NCBI GenBank assembly: GCA_963724765.1
Contig: CAVRVY010000004.1
Location: 480,001-544,000, forward strand
DNA from: an uncultured delta proteobacterium
GTDB taxonomy: Bacteria > Desulfobacterota > Binatia > Binatales > Binataceae
Reading direction: 5' to 3'
DNA: 64,000 nt
The notes under the pieces were generated by a model that did not search any database, was not told where the DNA came from, and was given only the letters and a program-made list of their open reading frames with translations. Both the position numbers and the translations under genes were made by a program. This document shows positions 18,199-27,450 of the stretch, one piece after another. Every line of letters begins with the position of its first letter. Position 1 is the first letter of the stretch.

Positions 18199-20478
18199 AT
18201 GAAGCGCCAAGGCACATGCGTGGCCGCCCTCGCCGCGACCGGCACGCTTACCGCAGTCGGTGCGCTCGCGGTGATCGGATTCATCACCGCAATGGCGCTG
18301 TGCTGGCCCGTAGTGCCGAGCTTCGACGCGGTTCGTGCGCGATGGCGCCCTTCGGACGCGCAACTGCTCGACCGTCACGGCGAGCCGATTCATGAGCTTC
18401 GTGTCGATGCGCGCGGGCGGCGGCTGGCATGGACTCCGCTGGCCGACATCTCTGCGGCCCTGCAGCAAGCCGTGATCGCCGCTGAGGACCATCGCTTCTT
18501 CAGCCATCATGGGGTCGATTTCACGGCCATCGCCGGTGCCGCGGCCAGAAGGCTTGCGGGCCGGCGCTCGCGCGGCGCGAGCACGCTCACGATGCAACTC
18601 GCCGCGATGCTCGATCCGCGGATCGCGCGCGCCGGTATGCGGCAGCGCACCGCAACGCAGAAACTGCGGCAGATGCTTGCGGCCCTTGCGCTGGAGCGGC
18701 GATGGTCGAAGCCGCAGATCCTCGAAGCCTACCTCAACATGGTGACCTACCGCGGCGAGGTCGAGGGCGTGAGCGCCGCCTCGCGCGTGATGTTCGGCAA
18801 GGCGCCGGACGGAATCGACGCGGCGGAGGCGGTCGTGCTGGCGGCGCTGATCAAGGCGCCCAATGCGCACGCCGCCGCGCTTGAGCGCCGGGCCGAGGCA
18901 GTGCGGCTCGCGATGGACCGTCGCTCATCCGCGCCTGACCTTGCGGGCGAGCACGAAGTGTCGGGCGCACAAATGTCGATCGCGCAGCTTTCGAGCGCAC
19001 AGGTGTCGAGTGCACAAATTTCCAGTGCACAAATCTCGAGCGTGATTAACCGTGCGCTCGCGGCCCGACCGCGCGACTTCACTCGCGTCACGCTTGCGCC
19101 ACGAGTTGCCGAGCAACTGCTGCGCAACGGGCGTCTGACCGCGCAATCCACGCTGGATCGCAACCTGCAGGCTTTTACGCTCGACGCGTTGCGCCGCCAC
19201 GTGGCCGAGGTTCACGACCGCAACGTCGACGACGGCGCGGTGGTGGTGGTCGAAAACTCGACCGGCGAGGTCTGGGCCTACGTCGGCGGGACCGGCGTGC
19301 TCTCCAGCGCGCCCTACGTCGACGGCGTGCGCGCGATGCGCCAGCCGGGCTCGGCGCTGAAGCCGTTTCTCTACGCGCTCGCACTCGAGCGCCGCCTGCT
19401 CACCCCTGCCTCGCTGCTCGAAGACACGCCGCTCGAACTGCCCGAGCAGCGCGGGCTTTACCGGCCGCTCGATTACGACCGCGAGTTTCGCGGGCTGGTC
19501 TCGATGCGCGTGGCGCTGGCGTCATCGCTTAACGTCCCGGCCGTGAGAACGATCGACATGGTGGGCGTCGAAGCCTTCACCGGGCAGTTGCGCGCGTTGG
19601 GCTTCGAGGGAATCGTCGAGCAGGGCGACTACTATGGGGCCGCGCTCGCGCTCGGCTCGGCGGACGTGCGGCTGTGGGATCTCGTCGACGCGTACCGCAC
19701 GCTCGCCAACGGCGGCCGTTACTCCGCGATGCGCCTGGTGAGCGGCGGATCGCCGGAGCCGGCGCGGCAAATCTACTCACCAGCCACCGCGTTCCTGATC
19801 TCCGACATCCTGGCCGACCGCGCGAGCCGCGCCACCACTTTCGGGCTGGAAAACGCGCTCGCCACGCGCTTTTGGAGTGCGGTCAAAACCGGCACCAGCA
19901 AGGACATGCGCGACAACTGGTGCGTCGGCTACAGCGGCCGCTTCACGGTCGGGGTGTGGGTCGGAAATTTCTCCGGCGCCTCGATGCACGACGTGACCGG
20001 CATCACCGGCGCGGCACCGGTATGGCTCGACGTGATGAACTACCTCAACCGGCGCTTCGGCGGCGGCGCGATCGCGAGGCCGGCTGGCGTGACGGCGCGG
20101 ATGGTCGAGTTCCCGCGCGCGGTCGAGCCACAGCGGCGGGAATGGTTCATCGCGGGCACCGAGCCGGATCGCCAGGCTGCGCATCTCGACGATACGCCGC
20201 GAATTCTTTCGCCTGCGCCGGACACCGTGATCGCTGTTGACCCCGACATACCCGTTGGCCGCCAGCGCGTCGCCTTCGTCGCGAGCGCTGGAGCGGGCGG
20301 CTCGCGCTGGACGCTCGATCATAAGACGCTTGGCCCCGTCGACGGCGTTATGCTGTGGAGGCCCTCGCCCGGCGTTCATACGCTCGCGCTGGCCGACTCT
20401 TCGGGCCATCCGCTCGACACGGCGACGTTCCGGGTACGCGGTGGAACCGGCATGCGTTTGCGGGGGTTGGGGAAATAG
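18199..20478 (+). CDS. pbpC: Penicillin-binding protein 1C
   Basis: Transglycosylase motifs EDHRF..HHGVD and GASTLTMQ; transpeptidase motifs SALK, SLN, KTG; canonical A2M-pbpC pairing. Confidence 0.95.
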   Translation: MKRQGTCVAALAATGTLTAVGALAVIGFITAMALCWPVVPSFDAVRARWRPSDAQLLDRHGEPIHELRVDARGRRLAWTPLADISAALQQAVIAAEDHRFFSHHGVDFTAIAGAAARRLAGRRSRGASTLTMQLAAMLDPRIARAGMRQRTATQKLRQMLAALALERRWSKPQILEAYLNMVTYRGEVEGVSAASRVMFGKAPDGIDAAEAVVLAALIKAPNAHAAALERRAEAVRLAMDRRSSAPDLAGEHEVSGAQMSIAQLSSAQVSSAQISSAQISSVINRALAARPRDFTRVTLAPRVAEQLLRNGRLTAQSTLDRNLQAFTLDALRRHVAEVHDRNVDDGAVVVVENSTGEVWAYVGGTGVLSSAPYVDGVRAMRQPGSALKPFLYALALERRLLTPASLLEDTPLELPEQRGLYRPLDYDREFRGLVSMRVALASSLNVPAVRTIDMVGVEAFTGQLRALGFEGIVEQGDYYGAALALGSADVRLWDLVDAYRTLANGGRYSAMRLVSGGSPEPARQIYSPATAFLISDILADRASRATTFGLENALATRFWSAVKTGTSKDMRDNWCVGYSGRFTVGVWVGNFSGASMHDVTGITGAAPVWLDVMNYLNRRFGGGAIARPAGVTARMVEFPRAVEPQRREWFIAGTEPDRQAAHLDDTPRILSPAPDTVIAVDPDIPVGRQRVAFVASAGAGGSRWTLDHKTLGPVDGVMLWRPSPGVHTLALADSSGHPLDTATFRVRGGTGMRLRGLGK
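18958..19047 (+). repeat. Degenerate 15-bp tandem repeat (about 6 units) within pbpC
   Basis: gtgtcgggcgcacaa atgtcgatcgcgcag ctttcgagcgcacag gtgtcgagtgcacaa atttccagtgcacaa atctcgagcgtgatt, encoding VSGAQ MSIAQ LSSAQ VSSAQ ISSAQ ISSVI. Confidence 0.85.
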
Positions 20479-20496
20479 CCTATAAACTGCGAAGCA

Positions 20497-21696
20497 ATGA
20501 CGACCGCGCAGCCCTCATCGGTTGTGGGGCGCTCCGGATCCCCGCAAATACGCGAAATCCTTGACCGGGCGCGCGATGGCGCGCGCCTTGGCGAGGCGGA
20601 CGCGATCGCGCTTATCGAGTGTCCCACGGACGAACTGCCGGCGCTGCTGGCTGCGGCCGGCACGTTGCGCGACCGCCTCAAGGGGCGCGTCGTCACCTAC
20701 TCACGCAAGGTCTTCCTGCCGGTCACCAACCTCTGCCGCGACCGCTGCACCTACTGCACATTTCGCAAGGACCCGCGCGAGCCGGGAGCATGGACGATGA
20801 CCTCGGCCGAAATCGCGCAATGGTCGCGGCGCGGCCGCGCGCTCGGATGCCGCGAGGCGCTGATGTGCCTGGGCGACAAGCCGGAACTGGCGTTTAAGGA
20901 ATATCGCGAGACGCTGGCCCGCCTGGGAGCGCAGAGCACAATAGATTATGTCGCGCGGGCCTGCGAGGTCGCGCTGGAGGAGGGCCTGCTGCCGCACACC
21001 AACGCAGGCATCATGAGCCGCGACGAGATGGTGATGCTGCGGCCGCTCAACGTCAGCATGGGGCTGATGCTAGAAAGCGTCTCGACCCGGCTGCGCGGCC
21101 GCGGCGGGGTGCATCAGTGGGCCCCGGACAAGGACCCTGCCGTGCGCATACGGATGATCGCGGAGGCCGGCGAGGCGCGCGTCCCGTTCACCACCGGAAT
21201 TCTGCTCGGGATCGGCGAGACGCCGGCCGAGCGGGCGCAGAGCCTGATCGCGATCCGCGATTTGAACGAACGCCACGGCCATATCCAGGAAGTGATCATC
21301 CAGAATTTTCGCGCCAAGCCGGAGATCGCGATGGCCGACGCGCCGGAGCCCGACGCGGTGGAGATGGCACGGGCGATCGCCACCGCGCGGATGGTGCTGG
21401 GACCGAAAATGAACGTGCAGGCGCCGCCGAATCTCTCGCCCAACGAGATCGAGCTGTTCCTCGCGGCGGGCATCAACGACTGGGGCGGCATTTCGCCGCT
21501 CAGCAAGGACTACGTCAATCCCGAAGCGCCCTGGCCGCACCTCGAACGGCTGGCCGAGCGCTGCGCGCGGGCCGGTTTCGATCTGCGCGAGCGGCTCGCA
21601 ATCTATCCCGAATACGTCGATGATTACTGGGTTGACCCGAAGCTTCGCCCGGCGCTTGCCCGGCACGGCGCGGAGCTCGAGGGAGGTGCATCGTGA
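20497..21696 (+). CDS. cofG: FO synthase subunit CofG
   Basis: VTYSRKVFLPVTNLCRDRCTYCTF radical SAM motif, PFTTGILLGIGE, QAPPNL, GINDWGGISP. Confidence 0.95.
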   Translation: MTTAQPSSVVGRSGSPQIREILDRARDGARLGEADAIALIECPTDELPALLAAAGTLRDRLKGRVVTYSRKVFLPVTNLCRDRCTYCTFRKDPREPGAWTMTSAEIAQWSRRGRALGCREALMCLGDKPELAFKEYRETLARLGAQSTIDYVARACEVALEEGLLPHTNAGIMSRDEMVMLRPLNVSMGLMLESVSTRLRGRGGVHQWAPDKDPAVRIRMIAEAGEARVPFTTGILLGIGETPAERAQSLIAIRDLNERHGHIQEVIIQNFRAKPEIAMADAPEPDAVEMARAIATARMVLGPKMNVQAPPNLSPNEIELFLAAGINDWGGISPLSKDYVNPEAPWPHLERLAERCARAGFDLRERLAIYPEYVDDYWVDPKLRPALARHGAELEGGAS

Positions 21697-22958
21697 ACCT
21701 GGAACTACTGCGCAACTATGTCGACGAAATCGAAGCGGCGCCGCTCGGCGCATTGATGGATAAGGCCAGCCCCGCCGTCCGCGCGGCGCTCAAGCGCAGC
21801 CGCGAACGCCAGGAACTTACGGCCGAAGAAGGACTGCTGCTCTACACCGCCGAGGGCGACGATCTGCGCGCGGCGATCAAGTGCGCCGATTTGGCGCGCG
21901 CCGAAGACGTCGGCGACGAAGTCACCTACGTCGTCAACCGCAACATCAATTTCACCAACATCTGTTTCGTCGGATGCCAATTCTGCGGCTTCAAGCGCCA
22001 GCGCTGGGAGTCCGACGCCTACGATCATTCCGACGAGACCATCCTCAACAAGGTCGGCGACGCGGTGGCGCGCGGCGCTACCGAGATTTGCATGCAGGGC
22101 GGAATCAACGCCGAGGCGCCCGACTTCAAGTACCGCGACCTGCTCCGCACGATTAAAGGCGGCTATCCCGAGATTCATATCCACGCCTTCTCGCCGATGG
22201 AGATCATGTTCGGCGCGCGCCGCGTGCGGATGGAGTACCCGGAGTATATCGCGATGCTGCGTGACGCCGGGCTGGGATCGATCCCAGGCACCGCGGCCGA
22301 AATTCTCGATGACAGCGTGCGCGAAATCCTAAGCCACAAGAAAGTCGACGTCGCCACCTGGGTCGATATCATCACCACTGCGCACGCGCTCGGCGTGCGG
22401 ACCACCTCGACCGTGATGTACGGCCACGTCGAAAGCCCGCGCCACGTCATCAACCATCTGAACCTCCTGCGTGACATCCAGAAGCAGACCCATGGCTTCA
22501 CCGAGTTCGTGCCGCTGCGCTTCATCCACGAGAATACCGTGCTTTTCCGCAAGGGTCTGGTCTCCGAGCCGCCGCCCAAGGGAACGCTCGACTTCCAGAT
22601 GTACGCGGCGTCGCGCCTATTCCTGCGTGGGCAGATCGACAATCTGCAGACCTCGTGGGTCAAGCTCGGCGTCGAACTCGCCGCGCTCACGCTGAAGACC
22701 GGATGCAACGATTTCTCGGGTACGCTGATGGAGGAAAGCATCACGGCCCAGGCCGGCGGCGATTCCGGCGAGTTCGTCGCGGTCGACGTAATCGAAGAGA
22801 AGGCGTGCGCGATGGGCCGGGTTGCGGTCGAACGCAGCACGCTTTACAAAAAGCTCTACGGGAAGAAGGCTCCCAATGGCGCGCGGCCGATCCTCACGTC
22901 CCCCTCACCAGTCCACCAGGCCGATCACCACGCTTGCGGGGGGAGTGGGGGCCGCTAA
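21693..22958 (+). CDS. cofH: FO synthase subunit CofH
   Basis: VTYVVNRNINFTNICFVGCQFCGF, PGTAAEILDD, QTSWVKLG, GTLMEESI; GTGA overlap with cofG. Confidence 0.93.
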   Translation: MNLELLRNYVDEIEAAPLGALMDKASPAVRAALKRSRERQELTAEEGLLLYTAEGDDLRAAIKCADLARAEDVGDEVTYVVNRNINFTNICFVGCQFCGFKRQRWESDAYDHSDETILNKVGDAVARGATEICMQGGINAEAPDFKYRDLLRTIKGGYPEIHIHAFSPMEIMFGARRVRMEYPEYIAMLRDAGLGSIPGTAAEILDDSVREILSHKKVDVATWVDIITTAHALGVRTTSTVMYGHVESPRHVINHLNLLRDIQKQTHGFTEFVPLRFIHENTVLFRKGLVSEPPPKGTLDFQMYAASRLFLRGQIDNLQTSWVKLGVELAALTLKTGCNDFSGTLMEESITAQAGGDSGEFVAVDVIEEKACAMGRVAVERSTLYKKLYGKKAPNGARPILTSPSPVHQADHHACGGSGGR

Positions 22959-23850
22959 GTTCCTGCGCGGCCTGGCACGCGTCGCCGGCCAGCCGCGGCT
23001 TGGCGTAATCGTCAACACCGGCGACGACGAGGCGTTCTACGGACTTCACGTCTCGCCCGACCTCGACACCATCGTTTACACGCTCGCCGGCGCGTCCAAC
23101 CCCACGACCGGATGGGGATTGTTGGGCGAAACCTTCAACACGCTGGGCGGGCTCGTCCGTTTCTATGGCCAGGCCTGGTTCAATCTTGGCGATCGCGATC
23201 TCGCCACGCACCTGTTCCGAACCGAACGGATGCGCGCCGGCGAGCCGCTCAGCCGTATCACGGCCGAGATCGCGAGGCGCTACGGCGTGCGCGCGCAGGT
23301 GATGCCGATGAGCGACGACCGCGTGCGCACTTTCGTGAAAGTGCGCGGGCGCGGCGCGATCCCGTTCCAGGAGTATTTCGTGCGCCGGCGCTTTCGCGGC
23401 ACCGTCGAGCGAATCGAGCTGCGCGGCGCGTCGCGTGCGCGTCCGCTCGGCGCGGCGCTCGGCGCGATTCGCAACTCGGAGGTGGTGATCATCGCGCCGT
23501 CCAACCCGTTCGTCTCGATCGGGCCGATTCTCGCGCTTCGTGGAATGCGCGAGGCGATACGCCGCGCGCGTCCGCGCGTCGCCGCGATAAGCCCAATCGT
23601 CGGCGGCAAGGCGATAAAGGGCCCGGCGGCAAAAATGTTGCGCGCGTTTGGACATCAGGCGTCCGCGCTCGGCGTGGCGCGGCTTTATCGCGACCTGTGC
23701 GCGGTCTTCGTGCTCGATAATGCCGACCGGCACGCGGCCGCGGCGGTAGAAAAACTCGGGATGCGCGCGGTCGTCACCGACACCATCATGGCCGACGAGA
23801 CGCGTTCGGCCCGCCTGGCCGACGTGGTTCTGCGCGCGCTTGAGGTGTAG
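22876..23850 (+). CDS. cofD: 2-phospho-L-lactate/EPPG:FO transferase CofD
   Basis: LAGGVGAAKFL, VNTGDD, SPDLDT, LGDRD, PSNPFVSIGPIL. The nearest in-frame ATG is 22876, inside cofH. Confidence 0.95.
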   Translation: MARGRSSRPPHQSTRPITTLAGGVGAAKFLRGLARVAGQPRLGVIVNTGDDEAFYGLHVSPDLDTIVYTLAGASNPTTGWGLLGETFNTLGGLVRFYGQAWFNLGDRDLATHLFRTERMRAGEPLSRITAEIARRYGVRAQVMPMSDDRVRTFVKVRGRGAIPFQEYFVRRRFRGTVERIELRGASRARPLGAALGAIRNSEVVIIAPSNPFVSIGPILALRGMREAIRRARPRVAAISPIVGGKAIKGPAAKMLRAFGHQASALGVARLYRDLCAVFVLDNADRHAAAAVEKLGMRAVVTDTIMADETRSARLADVVLRALEV

Positions 23851-23879
23851 TAGGCTGGACAGTCAATGGAAAAGGCGCA

Positions 23880-24632
23880 ATGCGATCGGTGACTTTCACC
23901 GCTATCGAGGGCATCCCGCTGGTCAGCCGGGGCGACAACCTGGGCGCACTGATTTGCTCGGCGATGGACGCGGACGGGCTGAAAGTGGCGCGCGGCGATA
24001 TCCTGGTCGTGTGCCAGAAGGTAATCTCGAAGGCCGAGGGACGCATCTGCGAGCTCAACGACATCGAGCCCTCCGCGCTGGCCATGGCGTATGCGGCGCG
24101 CTGGGAGAAGGACCCGCGCGCGGTCGAACTGGTGCTGAGACAGACCAGCCGCATCGTGCGCATGGACCACGGAGTAATGATCGTCGAGACCGGCCCCGGA
24201 TGGGTCTGCGCCAATGCCGGGATCGACGAGTCCAATAGCATGGCGGACGGGCGGGCGATTCTGCTGCCAGAGGACGCCGACGGCTCGGCCGCGCGCATCC
24301 GTGAGGAGATTCGCAAAATCACCGGAATCGAGATCGCGGTGCTGGTGACCGACACGTTTGGGCGTCCGTGGCGCGACGGCCTGACCGAGGTCTGCCTCGG
24401 AATCGCCGGAATGAATCCGATGCTCGATCTGCGCGGCAGCAGCGACTTAAGCGGCCGCGAACTGCATCACACGGTGATCGCGATCGCCGACGAAATCGCC
24501 GCGGGCGCTGGCCTGTTGATGCCCAAGGCGGGCGCCGTCCCGGCCGTGCTGGTGCGCGGCTACTCCTATGAGCCCTGCGAGGGCAGCGCGAAAGTGCTGA
24601 TTCGCCCCGCCGAGGCTGATCTGTTCCGATGA
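23880..24632 (+). CDS. cofE: Coenzyme F420-0:L-glutamate ligase
   Basis: QKVISKAEG, CANAGIDESN, TDTFGRPWR, IADEIA. Confidence 0.95.
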   Translation: MRSVTFTAIEGIPLVSRGDNLGALICSAMDADGLKVARGDILVVCQKVISKAEGRICELNDIEPSALAMAYAARWEKDPRAVELVLRQTSRIVRMDHGVMIVETGPGWVCANAGIDESNSMADGRAILLPEDADGSAARIREEIRKITGIEIAVLVTDTFGRPWRDGLTEVCLGIAGMNPMLDLRGSSDLSGRELHHTVIAIADEIAAGAGLLMPKAGAVPAVLVRGYSYEPCEGSAKVLIRPAEADLFR

Positions 24633-24651
24633 CCCGGGGAGCGTAAGCATC

Positions 24652-25668
24652 GTGGACCGAAACAAGATGGACGGCGCCGCCGCCTCGATCGCGCCGGCCA
24701 GCGTCACGGCGAATCCCGCGCGCGTGGTCGAGGCCGATTTATACCACGCCGAGGCAAAACTCGGTGCGCTGCTCGATTCCAACGAGGCGCTGATCTCGGA
24801 AATCTGCCACTACCTGGTCGACGGCGCGGGCAAGCGCCTGCGTCCGGCTTTCGTGCTGCTGGTTCATCGCGCCTGCGGCGGCACCGATCGCACGGCGCTC
24901 GACGCTATCGACGCCGCGATTGCAATCGAACTGATCCATTCCGCCACGCTGCTGCACGACGACATTATCGATGGCGGGATGCTGCGGCGCGGTAAGCCGT
25001 CGGCGCTCGCGCGCTACGGCTCGGCGGCCACGCTGGTCGCCGGCGACTACCTGTTCTGCCGCGCCTTCGAGCTGTGCGGCCGCTTCGAGGAAAATCTCGT
25101 GCGCACGGCGGCGCAGGCCTGCATCCAGTTGACCGAGGGCGAGGTGATGGAAGGACGGCTGCGCTACAACGCGGCCACCAGCCTCAAGGACTATCGCGCC
25201 GTGATCGCGCGCAAGACCGCCTCGCTGTTCGCCGCCGGCGGCAAGGTCGCAGCCGACCTCGCGGGCGCAACCAAACGGACCATCGACACTATGCAGCATC
25301 TCGGCAATGCGGTCGGCATGGCCTTCCAGATGATCGACGACCTGCTCGACATCCTCGGCCCCGAGGAGAAGATCGGAAAGCCCGTCGGATCGGATTTGCG
25401 CGCGGGGATTCCTTCACTGCCAGTGGTGCTCGGCGTGGCGGCGAATCCGGACTTGAAGGCCATGGTCGGCAACGGCACGCGGCTGGAAGGCGCAGCGCTC
25501 GAGCGCGCGCTCAAGATGCTGCGCGACCCGAAGCTCGTCGCCGAGGCGCGCGCGATGGCGGCCGAGCAGGGACGGGTCGCGATGGCCGCGCTGGGCGAAC
25601 TCGCGCCGTCGGTCTACCGCGAGAGCCTTGCCGCGCTGATCGACGACCAGCTCCGCCGCGAAGTGTGA
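24652..25668 (+). CDS. Polyprenyl diphosphate synthase (long-chain, IspB/HepT-like)
   Basis: GKRLRP, first Asp-rich motif ATLLHDDIID, KTA, second motif FQMIDDLLD. Confidence 0.93.
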   Translation: MDRNKMDGAAASIAPASVTANPARVVEADLYHAEAKLGALLDSNEALISEICHYLVDGAGKRLRPAFVLLVHRACGGTDRTALDAIDAAIAIELIHSATLLHDDIIDGGMLRRGKPSALARYGSAATLVAGDYLFCRAFELCGRFEENLVRTAAQACIQLTEGEVMEGRLRYNAATSLKDYRAVIARKTASLFAAGGKVAADLAGATKRTIDTMQHLGNAVGMAFQMIDDLLDILGPEEKIGKPVGSDLRAGIPSLPVVLGVAANPDLKAMVGNGTRLEGAALERALKMLRDPKLVAEARAMAAEQGRVAMAALGELAPSVYRESLAALIDDQLRREV

Positions 25669-25684
25669 GCCGTAATATCCGCGG

Positions 25685-26077
25685 CTAGCTCGACCAGCGG
25701 CCAAAATCGAAGCCCGGCGGCAACTCGATGAACGCCAGCATCGCCGGGCCTTCGATCACGCGCGTAAGATGGCCCTTGCCGCTCAGGTCGTCGGGGATGA
25801 ACGCCGCTCCGGCGCCCCATCGCCGCTTCTCATTGTCGCTGGTGCCGACCTCAATCACTCCGGACAGCACGAACACGATCTGCCGCGCAGGAGCGTGATG
25901 CCAGCTCTGATCCAGTGTGCGCGGAAGCTCCACGAACCTGACGCTCGGCGAGCTGAACGCGTTTGACTGATGCATGACGTTGCCGAACGGATCAATCCGC
26001 TCTTCGTTCACCGGAAGTTCGATTTCCTGGAAGCGCGATCCGCCGTCATCGGTGGCATGGAATCTGGTGATCTTCAT
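25685..26077 (-). CDS. Cupin-like protein
   Basis: WHHAPARQIVFVLSG...EDxxGKGH-type segment (PDDLSGKGH). Confidence 0.8.
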   Translation of the reverse strand: MKITRFHATDDGGSRFQEIELPVNEERIDPFGNVMHQSNAFSSPSVRFVELPRTLDQSWHHAPARQIVFVLSGVIEVGTSDNEKRRWGAGAAFIPDDLSGKGHLTRVIEGPAMLAFIELPPGFDFGRWSS

Positions 26078-26188
26078 AGACGCACCGATAGCATGAAATC
26101 CGTATCCGCGGGGAACGACATGCAGGTCCGATGAACGCGGCAGCCGGTGGGATGGCGCGCAGCCACTTCCAAGGTGCGGGGGCTATTT

Positions 26189-27016
26189 TTATTTTGCTAC
26201 CGCAGTGAGAGAGGCGGCGGCGCTCGCAGCGCTCAGCCGCGCCATCGCGGCCTTGAGTTCCGCGCGGGTGGTCCCGAGCGTGCGCAGCGTCGGCAACAGC
26301 CCGCGCTCCAGGAATGTGCGCGCGCTGATCCCCGCGCCCGTGGTGCGCAACCGCTCCTGGTAGTCAGGAATCAGACCGTCGCCCGGCATTTTGAAATTCG
26401 CGATCACGAAGGCAAGGTCGGCCAGTGTGCCGTCACGGTCTTCGTCCAGTTCAAGCTCGAGCGCCGCGCGGTAGAAGCCCGCGTGCGCGGCTTCGTCGCG
26501 GCTGAGGAAAAAGAAAATCGCCTCGAGTACCTTATCGCCCTCGCTCACCGCCTTGTCCTTCTGCGCCTTGTAAGCAAGAAAAGTCGCGGCTTCCTGGAGC
26601 GCGCCGTAGCAAGCCATCTGGCGGCGGGTCTGGAAGGGCAGACGCCAGACCTTCGACAGGACGCGTTCCTCGAAGATCGCCAACTCGGCCTCCGAGCGCA
26701 GGCCCGAGCGCCTCAGGTACTCGCGGAACACCAGTCCGTGCTTCGATTCCTCGTAGCTCCAGCAGGCCTGAAACCACGCCGCACCGAACATCGAGCGGGT
26801 CAGCTCAACGCCGCCCGCGCTATAGTCCGGCAGGTAAAGTTCCTCGGCGCAGAAGACTTCGATGCGTGCCGCCTTCTGCTCGCTGCCGATAGCACCATCC
26901 AGAGCCTCCCACGGCACGTCGTTGAACATGTTCCAGCGCCGCTTGGTCTCGGCAACCTCGAAAAATTCGAGGTACGCACGATACATTTTTTCACGCAGCG
27001 CAGGCGATCCGGTCAT
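26189..27016 (-). CDS. Acyl-ACP desaturase-like ferritin-fold diiron protein
   Basis: EELYLPDY, WSYEESKHG, LQEAAT, RDEAAH (two ExxH motifs), FKMPG. ATG 27016 with AGGGA RBS. Confidence 0.85.
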   Translation of the reverse strand: MTGSPALREKMYRAYLEFFEVAETKRRWNMFNDVPWEALDGAIGSEQKAARIEVFCAEELYLPDYSAGGVELTRSMFGAAWFQACWSYEESKHGLVFREYLRRSGLRSEAELAIFEERVLSKVWRLPFQTRRQMACYGALQEAATFLAYKAQKDKAVSEGDKVLEAIFFFLSRDEAAHAGFYRAALELELDEDRDGTLADLAFVIANFKMPGDGLIPDYQERLRTTGAGISARTFLERGLLPTLRTLGTTRAELKAAMARLSAASAAASLTAVAK

Positions 27017-27416
27017 CGATATTTCCCTTTGCCTGCTGCAGCCAGACGCCTGGCATCGTACCGCGAGCAGGTTGCCCAATACACCCGGGCCTGATTGCCC
27101 TAAACGACCGGTTTTAAAAGAACGCGAGACTCCATCGTCAGCCGGCAGGCGAAGTTGGAGGATGTGTTCCGTGAGTGACAGGCCCGATTCTATGCTTTCA
27201 CGATGAGAAAATATACTGCTGCCGCGTTTGACACATTCCAGCTTAAGACAGTCGCTTGTCGCAAGTTGCAGACCATTGCCGCCAAAGTGCGTTTATGTGA
27301 TGCATGAAAACGTCGGATGAAAATAAAAAAGAACCGGCGCTTTCCCATGCGATTCGTCGCCGACCCTTGGCGAGGTAACAACAACGTATAGAGATGTTCG
27401 CGAATTAATTTTTCGT

Positions 27417-27445
27417 TTGACAAATACGAATAAAAAGCGAAAATC
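27417..27445 (+). promoter_or_regulatory. Sigma70-type promoter of imuA with candidate LexA direct-repeat operator
   Basis: Perfect TTGACA at 27417-27422, GAAAAT at 27439-27444, CGAA-N7-CGAA at 27427-27441; ATG at 27451 has no Shine-Dalgarno. Confidence 0.55.
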
Positions 27446-27450
27446 CGATC

